Virus record (IMG/VR): IMGVR_UViG_3300044997_001199
Coordinates: 151,331-215,330 of that record
Strand: one strand, 5' to 3'
Length of the DNA: 64,000 bases
Both the position numbers and the translations under genes were made by a program. A model generated the notes under the pieces. It did not search any database and was not told where the DNA came from. It worked only from the letters and a program-made list of their open reading frames with translations. Below, piece by piece: positions 1-9,219 of this stretch (the first letter of the stretch is position 1; every line of letters starts with the position of its first letter).

Positions 1-148
<148 letters not shown>

Positions 149-154
149 TAGTGC

Positions 155-162
155 TATTTATA
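155..162 (-). promoter_or_regulatory. T4-type late promoter TATAAATA upstream of dnaK
   Basis: Plus strand TATTTATA at 155-162 is the exact T4 late consensus on the minus strand. Confidence 0.65.
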
Positions 163-187
163 GACAAAATCTCAAATCAAGTCAAGC

Positions 188-412
188 TCAATACAGGGTT
201 TTAGGCAATTCTTGGCTAGCCAAATATCTACGCCAACGAGATTTGGCCGCGGATTTTTTGCGTTTTCTCACCGAAGTGGGTTTTTCGTAGAACTCATATT
301 TCCTGAGATCCATGAGTATGCCCGAAGTCTGGACCTTTTTTTTGAATTTACGCAGTGCTTTTTCAACGTTTCCGTCGTTGACAAACACTCTGCGACCATT
401 TAATTCACTCAT
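188..412 (-). CDS. rpsU: Ribosomal protein bS21
   Basis: V.V.DGNVEKALRKFKKKV..GIL..LR..EFYEKPT..RKRKK.AA..R, typical S21 pattern, 74 aa. Confidence 0.92.
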   Translation of the reverse strand: MSELNGRRVFVNDGNVEKALRKFKKKVQTSGILMDLRKYEFYEKPTSVRKRKKSAAKSRWRRYLASQELPKTLY

Positions 413-1613
413 TTACTTTTTTTAACTCCTTGGGTTCATACACCATGTCGGCGTCAATAACGACTTCGGTAATACCTTGCCGCACGTATTCTCGCAGTCG
501 ATACATGTGCGGTATTAGCACTCGCTCGAGTTCTCCGTGCAAGCCACGTGCTCCTGTTTTGTTTTTCATGGCATGCTCTACCACGAGATCCAGTGCCGCG
601 GATGTGAATTCTAACTTGATCTGGTCTTGGTCAAACAGCCATTGATACTGTTCTATATAGTTATTTTTGATGTTGAGCAGTATGGCCAAAAGATCCTGTT
701 TGGTTAGTTCTCTCAAAGACACCCAGGTGGGGAATCTGCCTACAAATTCGGGGATCATGCCAAACTTTACAATGTCATCAGGAGTGGTACTGTCAAGATA
801 CACACTGGGATCCTGTTCCACTGGAACGCTGAATCCAATACTGGTTCCCTTGATTCGAGATTTCACGAGATTTTCGATGCCTACAAACGCACCGCCGGCG
901 ATAAACAAGATATCAGTGGTGTCGATTTCCACGGTGTCGTTCTGAGGATTCTTGCGACCCCCGTGAGGTACGATTCTGCACTTGGTACCCTCCACCAATT
1001 TGAGAAGGCTTTGCTGTACACCCTCACCTGACACATCGCGAGTGATACTGATATTCTCCCCTCTGCGGGCTATTTTGTCTATTTCGTCAATAAAAACGAT
1101 TCCGGTCTGGCAGCGCTCGATGTCATAATCGGCTGCTGCGTACAACCGCGAAATCACGCTTTCTACGTCATCGCCTACATAACCGGCTTCGGTCAGACTG
1201 GTGGCATCTGCGATCACAAAAGGCACACCCAGGTACCGAGCCACTGTGCGCGCCAGCAGGGTTTTGCCCGATCCCGTGGGTCCCAGCATCAGTATGTTGA
1301 CTTTTTCAATTTCCGTGTTTTTTTCTTGATTGCGTATGCGCTTGTAGTGATTGGCAATGGCCACACTGAGAACGATTTTTGCGTCTTGCTGACCAATCAC
1401 ATACTGGTCGAGAAACTGTTTGATCTCCATTGGGTCCACATGCGATTCAATCATGGTCTGGCCCTGGGCTTGGTTAGATAACAGCAGTGTGTCACACAGA
1501 GTCACGCACTCGTTGCATATGGCAACCTTGTCTCCCACAATGAGTTTTCCGACTGCGTCCTTGTGCTTGCCACAAAAACTACAGTCGTTGGGTGTGAGAT
1601 CAGTATCTGTCAT
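405..1613 (-). CDS. clpX: ClpX AAA+ unfoldase
   Basis: N-terminal C4 zinc finger (CSFCGK..ICNECV), Walker [30 protein letters not shown] loop, GARGL. Confidence 0.95.
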   Translation of the reverse strand: MTDTDLTPNDCSFCGKHKDAVGKLIVGDKVAICNECVTLCDTLLLSNQAQGQTMIESHVDPMEIKQFLDQYVIGQQDAKIVLSVAIANHYKRIRNQEKNTEIEKVNILMLGPTGSGKTLLARTVARYLGVPFVIADATSLTEAGYVGDDVESVISRLYAAADYDIERCQTGIVFIDEIDKIARRGENISITRDVSGEGVQQSLLKLVEGTKCRIVPHGGRKNPQNDTVEIDTTDILFIAGGAFVGIENLVKSRIKGTSIGFSVPVEQDPSVYLDSTTPDDIVKFGMIPEFVGRFPTWVSLRELTKQDLLAILLNIKNNYIEQYQWLFDQDQIKLEFTSAALDLVVEHAMKNKTGARGLHGELERVLIPHMYRLREYVRQGITEVVIDADMVYEPKELKKVNE

Positions 1614-3091
1614 TGATTGTGCTTGCCAAGTCGATTGGAAATTTGTTCGGTTTCCGCTGCAGTGAGGAAGTCAGGATCATACTGACCCTGTTCCAACTGT
1701 TGGATAAGATGGTCGATATAGGCATCGTTGTATGTATAACTATCGGCGATCTGCTTGCTGATTTCGATCCAGTCGTTTTCATTGTATCGATAGAGAACGT
1801 GCGGGATCCGATCGGTACGTATCCATAGATCGCCCTTGACTGCATGTTCGGGGAATCGGTTTCCGAATCCAGTGCCAAGAGTCGGTTCCGGCAAGTCATC
1901 AGTGACCAGCGACATCCATGGCAGTTGATCGATTAGACCTTGTTCATATCGATGGCGTTGGTCCTTGAGAGTTCTTCCGGGATTGGCCTGTTTCCAGAGA
2001 CGCATGGCTTCTTTGACTTTGTTGTCGTGGTGACCGAACTCGTCGTCGGCAGACTCAGCATCGTCCAGTAAACGATCCATTGGGTGTTCGTGCTCCACAA
2101 TAACCAATGTTTCCTGGGTCTGGTTCTCTGTGTCCGCCGTGGTCTCAGGAACATAGACTATCGGGCCCACTGGATCAACTCCGGGTACATGATGTTTCCA
2201 TTCTTTTTGGAGGTAATCATGCGTGACTGTTTGTTCGATCGATGAATCTTGAGCAGTTTCTTGTGGGCTCGGGTCTGCAGACTCTGCTAGGTCCGACACA
2301 GCGGCGTCGAGAGACTGCGATTGAGTCAGTTGTCGTTCACGTTCCCATCCATGGCTTTCGGTGAACGCCAACAACATCATTATGGCCAGGGGATCAAATA
2401 CCATAACCAAGACTATGATCACCCATCGCACTGCTTTTTCCAGGACATTCACTTCAGGGTTGTCACCATAGACCAGAGCAGCAATATATTTGATTGGGCC
2501 GACTTCGGCTTCTACTTTTCTCAATTCACTGGCTATGGGAGCACGCTGTTCATTGAGGTCAGCGATTATCGACTGTGCCTGGGCAATTTCTCGTTGCAGT
2601 CTTACACGCTCGGCTTGTTGTTGTCTGCGTATCTGCACTGCACGTTCTGCACCGCGATCATCATTGCTGCGACTCAGACGTTCGTTGACCTGGCTGTCCA
2701 TCTGTTGAACAGAGGTCTTGGCCGCAGCAATGTTATCCTGTTGGGTGCGTATTTTTTCGTCAATCAGATCGACCTGGGCAGCAACGTCGCCGGTGGGTAC
2801 TGCCTGGTCCAGATGTGCCTTTGACAAAAATCCAAAAATACCCATGGATGTTATGATCATGAGTAGGATCACTGCTGGTACTAGATAGGCTTTCATGGTC
2901 CATCGCACACGATGCCAGTACTCATGTAGCCAGACCGTGATTGCGAGTTTGGCTATTTCTAAAATGGTGCCCATGACCGCTATGGGCACTGTGGCCGCGG
3001 CAAATATAGCCGTGAGACCGGCTATGGAGTAAAAGGCTGCGATACCGCTGAGGCTCAGGGCCACGGCCAGGACAATATATGTTAGAAACAT
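1610..3091 (-). CDS. Multi-pass membrane protein with coiled coil
   Basis: Three N-terminal hydrophobic helices, a long Q/E/A-rich coiled coil, a fourth TM (VIIVLVMVFDPLAI) and an acidic C-terminal half; TAAATA upstream. Confidence 0.7.
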   Translation of the reverse strand: MFLTYIVLAVALSLSGIAAFYSIAGLTAIFAAATVPIAVMGTILEIAKLAITVWLHEYWHRVRWTMKAYLVPAVILLMIITSMGIFGFLSKAHLDQAVPTGDVAAQVDLIDEKIRTQQDNIAAAKTSVQQMDSQVNERLSRSNDDRGAERAVQIRRQQQAERVRLQREIAQAQSIIADLNEQRAPIASELRKVEAEVGPIKYIAALVYGDNPEVNVLEKAVRWVIIVLVMVFDPLAIMMLLAFTESHGWERERQLTQSQSLDAAVSDLAESADPSPQETAQDSSIEQTVTHDYLQKEWKHHVPGVDPVGPIVYVPETTADTENQTQETLVIVEHEHPMDRLLDDAESADDEFGHHDNKVKEAMRLWKQANPGRTLKDQRHRYEQGLIDQLPWMSLVTDDLPEPTLGTGFGNRFPEHAVKGDLWIRTDRIPHVLYRYNENDWIEISKQIADSYTYNDAYIDHLIQQLEQGQYDPDFLTAAETEQISNRLGKHNQ

Positions 3092-3452
3092 AGTACTCTA
3101 TTTATTGCTCGTCCTTGAGCATCCATGTTTCAATCTCTGCTGTTCAGTACCCAACCCAACTGCCATGGATCTTGGACAATGTTGTCTGTGACAGGTCCTT
3201 CGGTCACGTAGCTTGATATCTGGGAATCTGGTGTATTGTCGATCTTTTCTATTGAGTCTGTGCCCGAGCAATACTAATCAATATAGTCGCCTTCGAGCCT
3301 TATGTCGTATACAATACCACCCGCATAGTGCCAGGAACACGATCAACGCCGATTACAGTTATAGCAGGAAATACAGATCAGTGCAACCGTTGGCTGTGTG
3401 TGGTTGACTGTTTTGTGTCTGAGTCAGTTGACTCAGCGTTCATACCGTGGAT

Positions 3453-4871
3453 TCACAGTTTTTCCTCCGCATCGAACCCACGGAATCTAACAAACCGAGG
3501 GAATCGGAGACTGCAGGTACCATCTTGATTTTGCGTGACTGCATCGGCCTGGATCTCGACCACATGTCCTTGCAATGTAGCTCGGTTGTTCCAGTAGGCA
3601 TCGCGGTCCTGATCGGTCAATCCCGAACCCACATTTACCCGGATCTGTTTTTCGGCATCCTGCCCCTCGCAGATCATGGCACCCAGACGTCCTACATTGC
3701 GACCCGTGCCTTCTTCAAATCCCACAATGGTCAGGTCCACGGTGATAGTGGGCTTCCACTTCATCCAGAAACTGCTGCGACGACATTCATACGGCGCATG
3801 AAGATCTTTGATCATGATGCCCTCGTAGCCCTGTGCCACTGCATCCGCAGCGAATCGGTGCATGATGTCGCGTCCCTGGGAAGTGTCAAGATTCACAGTG
3901 ATACCGGGCATGACACGCAGGCAAGTGGTTTGTGCTTCAATAACAGTGCGGGCCCGGTCTAACATGCCCACGCGCCGGTACTGCTGTGCGTTCCAATGCC
4001 CGCGTTCAAAGTCGTCCAATGGAATTATGTCAAAGATATGGTAGACCATGCCCGTGGTCTTGGCATCTTTCTTGCGACGCGCCTGGCGCATCAGGGTCTG
4101 GAAACTTTCGCCCACGATCTCGCCGTCTAAAACAAATCGTCCGCCACTGGTGTGCGCCTGTTGAAAGTAACGACGATTGTCGGCAATGGCATCAGCGATT
4201 TGCGGAAAATTGGTCAATTCCTTGCCATTGCGACTATACAGTGTGACCCCCAGCCCGTTGACCACGGACAGCACACGCACACCATCCAGTTTGCATTCCA
4301 GACGTTTTTCTCCCTGCATCTTGGCCGGGTGATCTGTGGAATCCTGTGCGAGCTGGCAGGAAAACACCGGTATGCGCCAGTCTGTCTTGCCCAGGACCTT
4401 GTTGAGAGTTTTGTCCGAAATTCCGCAGCGGAGATCCTTGATCAGCACTCGCCGGGCCAGGCTATTCCACTCTACGGAATCAAACTGCATCATGACTTCT
4501 TCGATCGCAGTGCGAGCCTGATTGCCAGTTACTCCGCGTGTGCGAAGATTCTCACACAAGGCCCAGAACCGTGGCCATGAATTGGGCCGATCTGTTAGAT
4601 CGTGAGATTCTGGAACCTGTTGCACATGATACACAAAAAAGGGATTGTAGGCAAGATAACAATTGAACAAAAAACATTGTGCATTGGCACTGCCCAATTT
4701 AGAGGCCATGAGAGCCTTTTCAATCACACGCTCTTTGTGGATTCTGCTGTCGCTTGACTCAAGATCACGAATCCAGTCTGCGGCCAATTTGATTCCTTCG
4801 AATTCTGACTGACCAAAGTCAATGTCTCGCATGTACTTAACCCCAGAAAGATACCGTAATAGTTGGAACAT
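3453..4871 (-). CDS. ATP-dependent DNA ligase (T4 gp30-like)
   Basis: Motif I ECKLDGVR, VLDGEI, YHIFD, EGIMIK, WMKWKP, C-terminal SLRFPRF. Confidence 0.93.
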   Translation of the reverse strand: MFQLLRYLSGVKYMRDIDFGQSEFEGIKLAADWIRDLESSDSRIHKERVIEKALMASKLGSANAQCFLFNCYLAYNPFFVYHVQQVPESHDLTDRPNSWPRFWALCENLRTRGVTGNQARTAIEEVMMQFDSVEWNSLARRVLIKDLRCGISDKTLNKVLGKTDWRIPVFSCQLAQDSTDHPAKMQGEKRLECKLDGVRVLSVVNGLGVTLYSRNGKELTNFPQIADAIADNRRYFQQAHTSGGRFVLDGEIVGESFQTLMRQARRKKDAKTTGMVYHIFDIIPLDDFERGHWNAQQYRRVGMLDRARTVIEAQTTCLRVMPGITVNLDTSQGRDIMHRFAADAVAQGYEGIMIKDLHAPYECRRSSFWMKWKPTITVDLTIVGFEEGTGRNVGRLGAMICEGQDAEKQIRVNVGSGLTDQDRDAYWNNRATLQGHVVEIQADAVTQNQDGTCSLRFPRFVRFRGFDAEEKL

Positions 4872-4878
4872 TTGCCCA

Positions 4879-5176
4879 GCCCTCCTTTGTGACTACTATT
4901 CAAACCCTTCAGCAACTCGGGGTCTGTCACTCCTCCTTTCGTACACTGTCAGAAAGAATCGACAAACACCGTGGGGAGGTAAATGCACTACCCGTCTTGG
5001 ATACATCAAACAAAAACGTATCGGGTACTTTGTACTCAAGCATTATATTTAGAGTCTTCTTACTCACAGCATCGAACGATGCACGGCCCGCTGGAGTGCG
5101 AGAGTATTGCTTTCACCACACCTTAATTTCTTCAGGCATCATGTTGTCCGTCTCAACGCCCTCCTTTGTGACTACT
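4879..5176. repeat. 19-bp direct repeat pair GCCCTCCTTTGTGACTACT (4879-4897, 5158-5176)
   Basis: Two identical copies 279 bp apart; each contains AAAGGAGG on the minus strand. Confidence 0.85.
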
Positions 5177-5201
5177 GTTAAGGTTGTTTAACTGTCAAGA
5201 A

Positions 5202-5230
5202 ATTTTACACTGCGGTGAATTTCTGGTCAA
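5202..5230 (-). promoter_or_regulatory. Sigma70-type early promoter
   Basis: Minus strand TTGACC-N17-TAAAAT pointing toward the ligase. Confidence 0.65.
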
Positions 5231-6093
5231 CTGAGATTCTGGCGACGCAGATTGGCCTGCACTATGGTTCGTGCCTCGGCCACTGTGTGAGAAGCGTCGG
5301 CAAGATTGGCCCGAGGCGGCGGAGTGGTAGGCTGGTCAGGCACTTCGTTGAATCTATTGAGGTCCAGCGAGTCGATACTGTCCTCATTGCGACCTTCGAT
5401 CAAACAGCCCTGTGTGGCCTGGCCTGTAAATGTTGAGGTGGCAATACTTTGCAGATATTCGCCACTCTGACCTGCTTCGGTGTTTTGTCCATATCGGTCC
5501 AGAGACAGTACAAAACTGGTCACTGCGGCCTGCGACGGAGTCGGGATGTCTGCAAAATCAATTTCGGCAGTGGCCTGGTTGGTTGGTTCATACACCAAGG
5601 CATGAAAATTCATGATTTCCCAGTATTGGTCCAGAGTGGTCATCTGTTGTGCAGGTATGGCCGCTGCGGTAGACATGACCTGAGATTCAGCGGCCGCGAC
5701 CAGAGCCAACAATGCATCGTTATAGGACGCATAGGTTCCAGCGGCCGGCTGATCCGACGGGATCACTATGGCAAGGGATGGCATGGTCTGCGTGTACACA
5801 CCATTGACCACATTCAACATGGTGTTGTAGATCAATGACAACGATTCTAGATTGCCATTGGCGATGTTGGTCTGTATCAGCTGATTGACTGTGGGAAAGT
5901 AATCATTGTGCGGATCGCCCGCGGTGGTGCCAAAAAAATCAGTGATCAAAAATGTACCATTGGGTCCTTTGCCGTTGGCAAAATCATTTTGCCCAGGTGG
6001 GTTAGCAGTGCCAAAAAACGAAGAAGTATTTGCTGACACAGGCTGATTTAGATCATTGATCAGAGGCAATCCTACCAAAGTACGAACAGTCAT
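5227..6093 (-). CDS. Hypothetical protein, probably virion/baseplate associated
   Basis: 288 aa, A/T/N/Q-rich and Lys-poor, coupled to the upstream ORF by an ATGA overlap, in the PAAR operon. Confidence 0.55.
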   Translation of the reverse strand: MTVRTLVGLPLINDLNQPVSANTSSFFGTANPPGQNDFANGKGPNGTFLITDFFGTTAGDPHNDYFPTVNQLIQTNIANGNLESLSLIYNTMLNVVNGVYTQTMPSLAIVIPSDQPAAGTYASYNDALLALVAAAESQVMSTAAAIPAQQMTTLDQYWEIMNFHALVYEPTNQATAEIDFADIPTPSQAAVTSFVLSLDRYGQNTEAGQSGEYLQSIATSTFTGQATQGCLIEGRNEDSIDSLDLNRFNEVPDQPTTPPPRANLADASHTVAEARTIVQANLRRQNLS

Positions 6094-7271
6094 TGCAGCA
6101 CCCTCGCAAGCTCGGGCAGAGTGATTTTCCCGATCGACGACAGCTGACCAAATGCAATCTGCAGGGCCTGATTGGCACGGGCCTGGTCAGGCGGAATGAT
6201 CTTGGCTAGTTGATCACAGCCCGATGGTATGAATTCTGCGCCCGATGGTATGAATTCTGCGCCCGATGGTATGAATTCTGCGCCCGATGGTATGAATGCT
6301 GCGTCAGGAAATACCAGAGGAAACACCAGATCTAGATCGGAGTTGATAGTGCCATCAAGATTGTAGATAAGCACCGCACCAACCGGTGACGGAAATGTCA
6401 GGCTGGCAAAACTCTGCGGAAATGTTTTGACTGGGTTCAGTAGATCGGCCAGACTATCGAGATTGGGCGTGGTCACTTCTAATATTTCCAATGCATCCTG
6501 CAGATTGGCACCGGTGATGTCTGTCAGTGCATTGAAAATATCTTTTTCAGTCTGGGCTGGAACAGTCTGGGCACCATCTGTGCCGTCGATCTCCAGATCA
6601 ACTTCAACTCCGTTTTCGTCCAAGGCACGTTCTATGGCCGGAGTCAGTCCGCCGGCTATACGTACGATCTGCGTCAATACACTGGAGGGAAAACCAATGG
6701 TATTTGGTTGTATGGGGTCGATTGCTTGACCTAGATTGCCAAGATCTTGACCAAATGCATCCAGCGCCAGATTGATGCTAGACAGTGCTCCAGTCACAAG
6801 ATCGTCCATGTTGGTAAAAGTAGGTCCAAGATATTCATTGGCATTGACCGCACTTTCGATCACTTTGTTTGTGACATTGATATATCCGTCGGCTGCAGCA
6901 AAGGCCTGCACGAATTTGTTGAGATCACTGACATAGAATTCTCCCAGCCGTCTGAGCTCAATGGTGGCAAACAAAGGTCTAGGGCCAGTCACCGGAGACG
7001 CCGTCAAGACATCTTCAGGTATGCTGTTCGCCAAAACAGGATGCGTGGAACTTCCTATGCTGCGCATGGCATCAATGGTTGAATTGGCCACTCTCAGTGA
7101 AACATTGCCGATGGCCGAGGTCACTGCGTCCATCAGTGGACTTATCAAGGTAGACGACTGATAGGTAGTCAGTTGTGTGGAAAATGCCGCGTTGATAGCC
7201 ACAGCACCTCCCTGATACCATCCAGGTGCGGCATTGAGCTGCAACGGAGACATTGTGGTTTGATAGTTCAT
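6090..7271 (-). CDS. Hypothetical protein, probably virion/baseplate associated
   Basis: 393 aa directly downstream of PAAR; contains FIPSGAE repeats. Confidence 0.55.
   Translation of the reverse strand: MNYQTTMSPLQLNAAPGWYQGGAVAINAAFSTQLTTYQSSTLISPLMDAVTSAIGNVSLRVANSTIDAMRSIGSSTHPVLANSIPEDVLTASPVTGPRPLFATIELRRLGEFYVSDLNKFVQAFAAADGYINVTNKVIESAVNANEYLGPTFTNMDDLVTGALSSINLALDAFGQDLGNLGQAIDPIQPNTIGFPSSVLTQIVRIAGGLTPAIERALDENGVEVDLEIDGTDGAQTVPAQTEKDIFNALTDITGANLQDALEILEVTTPNLDSLADLLNPVKTFPQSFASLTFPSPVGAVLIYNLDGTINSDLDLVFPLVFPDAAFIPSGAEFIPSGAEFIPSGAEFIPSGCDQLAKIIPPDQARANQALQIAFGQLSSIGKITLPELARVLQ
6219..6302. repeat. 21-bp in-frame tandem repeat x4 (GCCCGATGGTATGAATTCTGC)
   Basis: Units start at 6219, 6240, 6261 and 6282 (last has one mismatch); encodes FIPSGAE. 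Confidence 0.95.
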
Positions 7272-7558
7272 GTCAGTCTAACATTGTTGCTGCCGCCAGC
7301 ACGCGGATGACCGCAAGTGTCCGAGTCTGCACCGGTGCGTATAACCGGCCGACCACCGGCCCGCACAGTGGCGCTGCCGCCACGAGTTTTGGCACTGCAA
7401 TGTTTGGCACACCCGGAGCGACCACAGCAGGGGTGCGGAGTGACCGTCTGTGCAGGTATCACTATGGGTCTACCGTTGACCCGCACCGAAGGCACACCCG
7501 ATGTTACCACTCCACCTGCTGTGTTGGGGTCCCCCCGGCGCTGACAACGATATGGCAT
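7268..7558 (-). CDS. PAAR-like spike tip protein (T4 gp5.4-like)
   Basis: R.GD, SVRVNGRP, PHPCC..C..H, GSATVRAGGRP..R.G.D..TCGH...GS.NV. Confidence 0.85.
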   Translation of the reverse strand: MPYRCQRRGDPNTAGGVVTSGVPSVRVNGRPIVIPAQTVTPHPCCGRSGCAKHCSAKTRGGSATVRAGGRPVIRTGADSDTCGHPRAGGSNNVRLT

Positions 7559-7559
7559 G

Positions 7560-7877
7560 TTATTCCATTACAATTTTCTTTACTGAAATCTGTATTCCAG
7601 TGGTGGCTTCGATGTAACGACCACGTACCGATCCATCGGTTGCGGCATACATTGTCACATTAGAAATATTTATTTGCGTGACTGACTCTGTATCAGCCGT
7701 GAGCATGGCAGGCACCAATCCCAGTAGTATACGACTGCCCTGCGGACCGGGTGCGATCGATACCGGATTGGTTACTGTGATCCATTCGTGATCCACGGCA
7801 GTGACTTTGCCCACCAGTTCTTCACCGCTGGTAAGTTTGAATGTGTATACTTCGTCGGGTTTGACTGACAGATTCAT
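7560..7877 (-). CDS. Hypothetical protein (possible Sm-like fold)
   Basis: TFKLTSGEELVGKV beta-rich start; coupled to glutaredoxin. Confidence 0.55.
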   Translation of the reverse strand: MNLSVKPDEVYTFKLTSGEELVGKVTAVDHEWITVTNPVSIAPGPQGSRILLGLVPAMLTADTESVTQINISNVTMYAATDGSVRGRYIEATTGIQISVKKIVME

Positions 7878-8122
7878 TGGGTTCCTTGATCGAAAAGTTT
7901 TTTGAGTTCAGTGAATCCACCCACATAGGTGCCATCCAAGAAAATTTGCGGCACCGTGCGTGCTGTGGGCACTGATTCCAGCAGTTGTTCGCGTGACCAT
8001 CCTCGGCCGATTTGTCGTTCTTCGTACTCAATGTTACTGAGTCGTAACAGTTGTTTGGCTTGGTTGCAGTACGGACAAGCAGGTTTGCTCCAGATTATAG
8101 CAGCAGCCATGATTACTCTCAA
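7874..8122 (-). CDS. Glutaredoxin
   Basis: CPYC active site, TVPQIF, GGF; adjacent to nrdB. Confidence 0.95.
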   Translation of the reverse strand: MRVIMAAAIIWSKPACPYCNQAKQLLRLSNIEYEERQIGRGWSREQLLESVPTARTVPQIFLDGTYVGGFTELKKLFDQGTQ

Positions 8123-9219
8123 ACGTTGGGCAAGGCGTCATAGTCAATGGTGTCAGACATGACTCCTATAACATAGTTAGTTGACTCTGACTCCTGGAGC
8201 GCAGTTTGTTTCTTGTGAGTTTCCACGTGTTTGTTGAACCACGGTATGGGCGTTGACCGTGGTGCTGGTTCGTGATACTTGATTCCGATTTCTTTCAGCG
8301 CCAGAGAAGCAGTGTAATCAACAAAATCTTTGAGGATTGCAGCGTTGAGACCAATCACCGGTCCTTTGCTGAACAGATAGTCGGCCCAGACCTTTTCTTC
8401 GCGTATCACATCCAAATACATTTGATATACCTCGGATTCACACTCAACTCGTGCCTGAGCGAATCGAGGATCTTCCTTAACTGTTTGATTGATTATCCAG
8501 GCAGTCCAGTCTCGATGCAGTATTTCATCCTGCAGGATGAGACTGATGATATTGCCATTGCCGATGAAAATACGATTTTCTACCATGGCCAGACTGGTAG
8601 CAAATGATACCATGAAGCGGAATGCTTCTAGCCCATACGAAGCATTAAGAGCCAACCATATGGCCCGGATATGTTCTTTTTCTGTGACTGGTTCACCGAC
8701 CTCGCGGCGGCAGTTGATGACGTGCAGTCGGTCATAGTATTCACCGATGTTTGATGCCATGTTGACGATCTCTGCGGTGTCATGGATGGTATTGAACACA
8801 TCCCTGGGCACATTGTAGATGTTGCGGATGATGTGGCTGTAGCTACGACTGTGAATATTGGTTTCAAAAAATGTCCAATTGTAGACCAAACTTTCCAGTT
8901 CGGGAAGGCTCACAACCGGAGTGAAGATCTGGCTGGGTCCGCGACCTTGCAGACTGTCCAGTGCGGTCTGACGCAGGAGGTTGGAAGTAAAGATGTGTCG
9001 AACTGTGTCAGATGCATCCTTGAAATCTTGCCCGTCCTTGGTCAGAGAAATTTCCTCGGGTACCCAAAAGAATCCTCGTGCTTCCTGTTCAAACTTTTGC
9101 AGTTTATTGTACTTAACTTCTTCGACCCGCTGGATGGTTACTGGACCCTCCGGATCCAAGAACATCTTCCGATTTAGATAGTCAGTGCGTGTTTTTAAAT
9201 TGTATTGTTGTTGGCTCAT
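8119..9219 (-). CDS. nrdB: Class Ia ribonucleotide reductase beta subunit
   Basis: FFWVPEE, QTALDSLQ, ETNIHSRSY, LEAFRFMVSF, DEILH, C-terminal QESESTNY. Confidence 0.95.
   Translation of the reverse strand: MSQQQYNLKTRTDYLNRKMFLDPEGPVTIQRVEEVKYNKLQKFEQEARGFFWVPEEISLTKDGQDFKDASDTVRHIFTSNLLRQTALDSLQGRGPSQIFTPVVSLPELESLVYNWTFFETNIHSRSYSHIIRNIYNVPRDVFNTIHDTAEIVNMASNIGEYYDRLHVINCRREVGEPVTEKEHIRAIWLALNASYGLEAFRFMVSFATSLAMVENRIFIGNGNIISLILQDEILHRDWTAWIINQTVKEDPRFAQARVECESEVYQMYLDVIREEKVWADYLFSKGPVIGLNAAILKDFVDYTASLALKEIGIKYHEPAPRSTPIPWFNKHVETHKKQTALQESESTNYVIGVMSDTIDYDALPNV

Noticed and set aside
5113-5115. Stop-codon reassignment suggested by an in-frame TGA
   Set aside because: Conserved genes are uninterrupted and end normally in TAA, TGA and TAG; no suppressor tRNA found
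4879-5176. Mini CRISPR array
   Set aside because: Only two 19-bp repeats with a 260-bp spacer and no cas operon; the nuclease at 13798 is a typical stand-alone phage exonuclease
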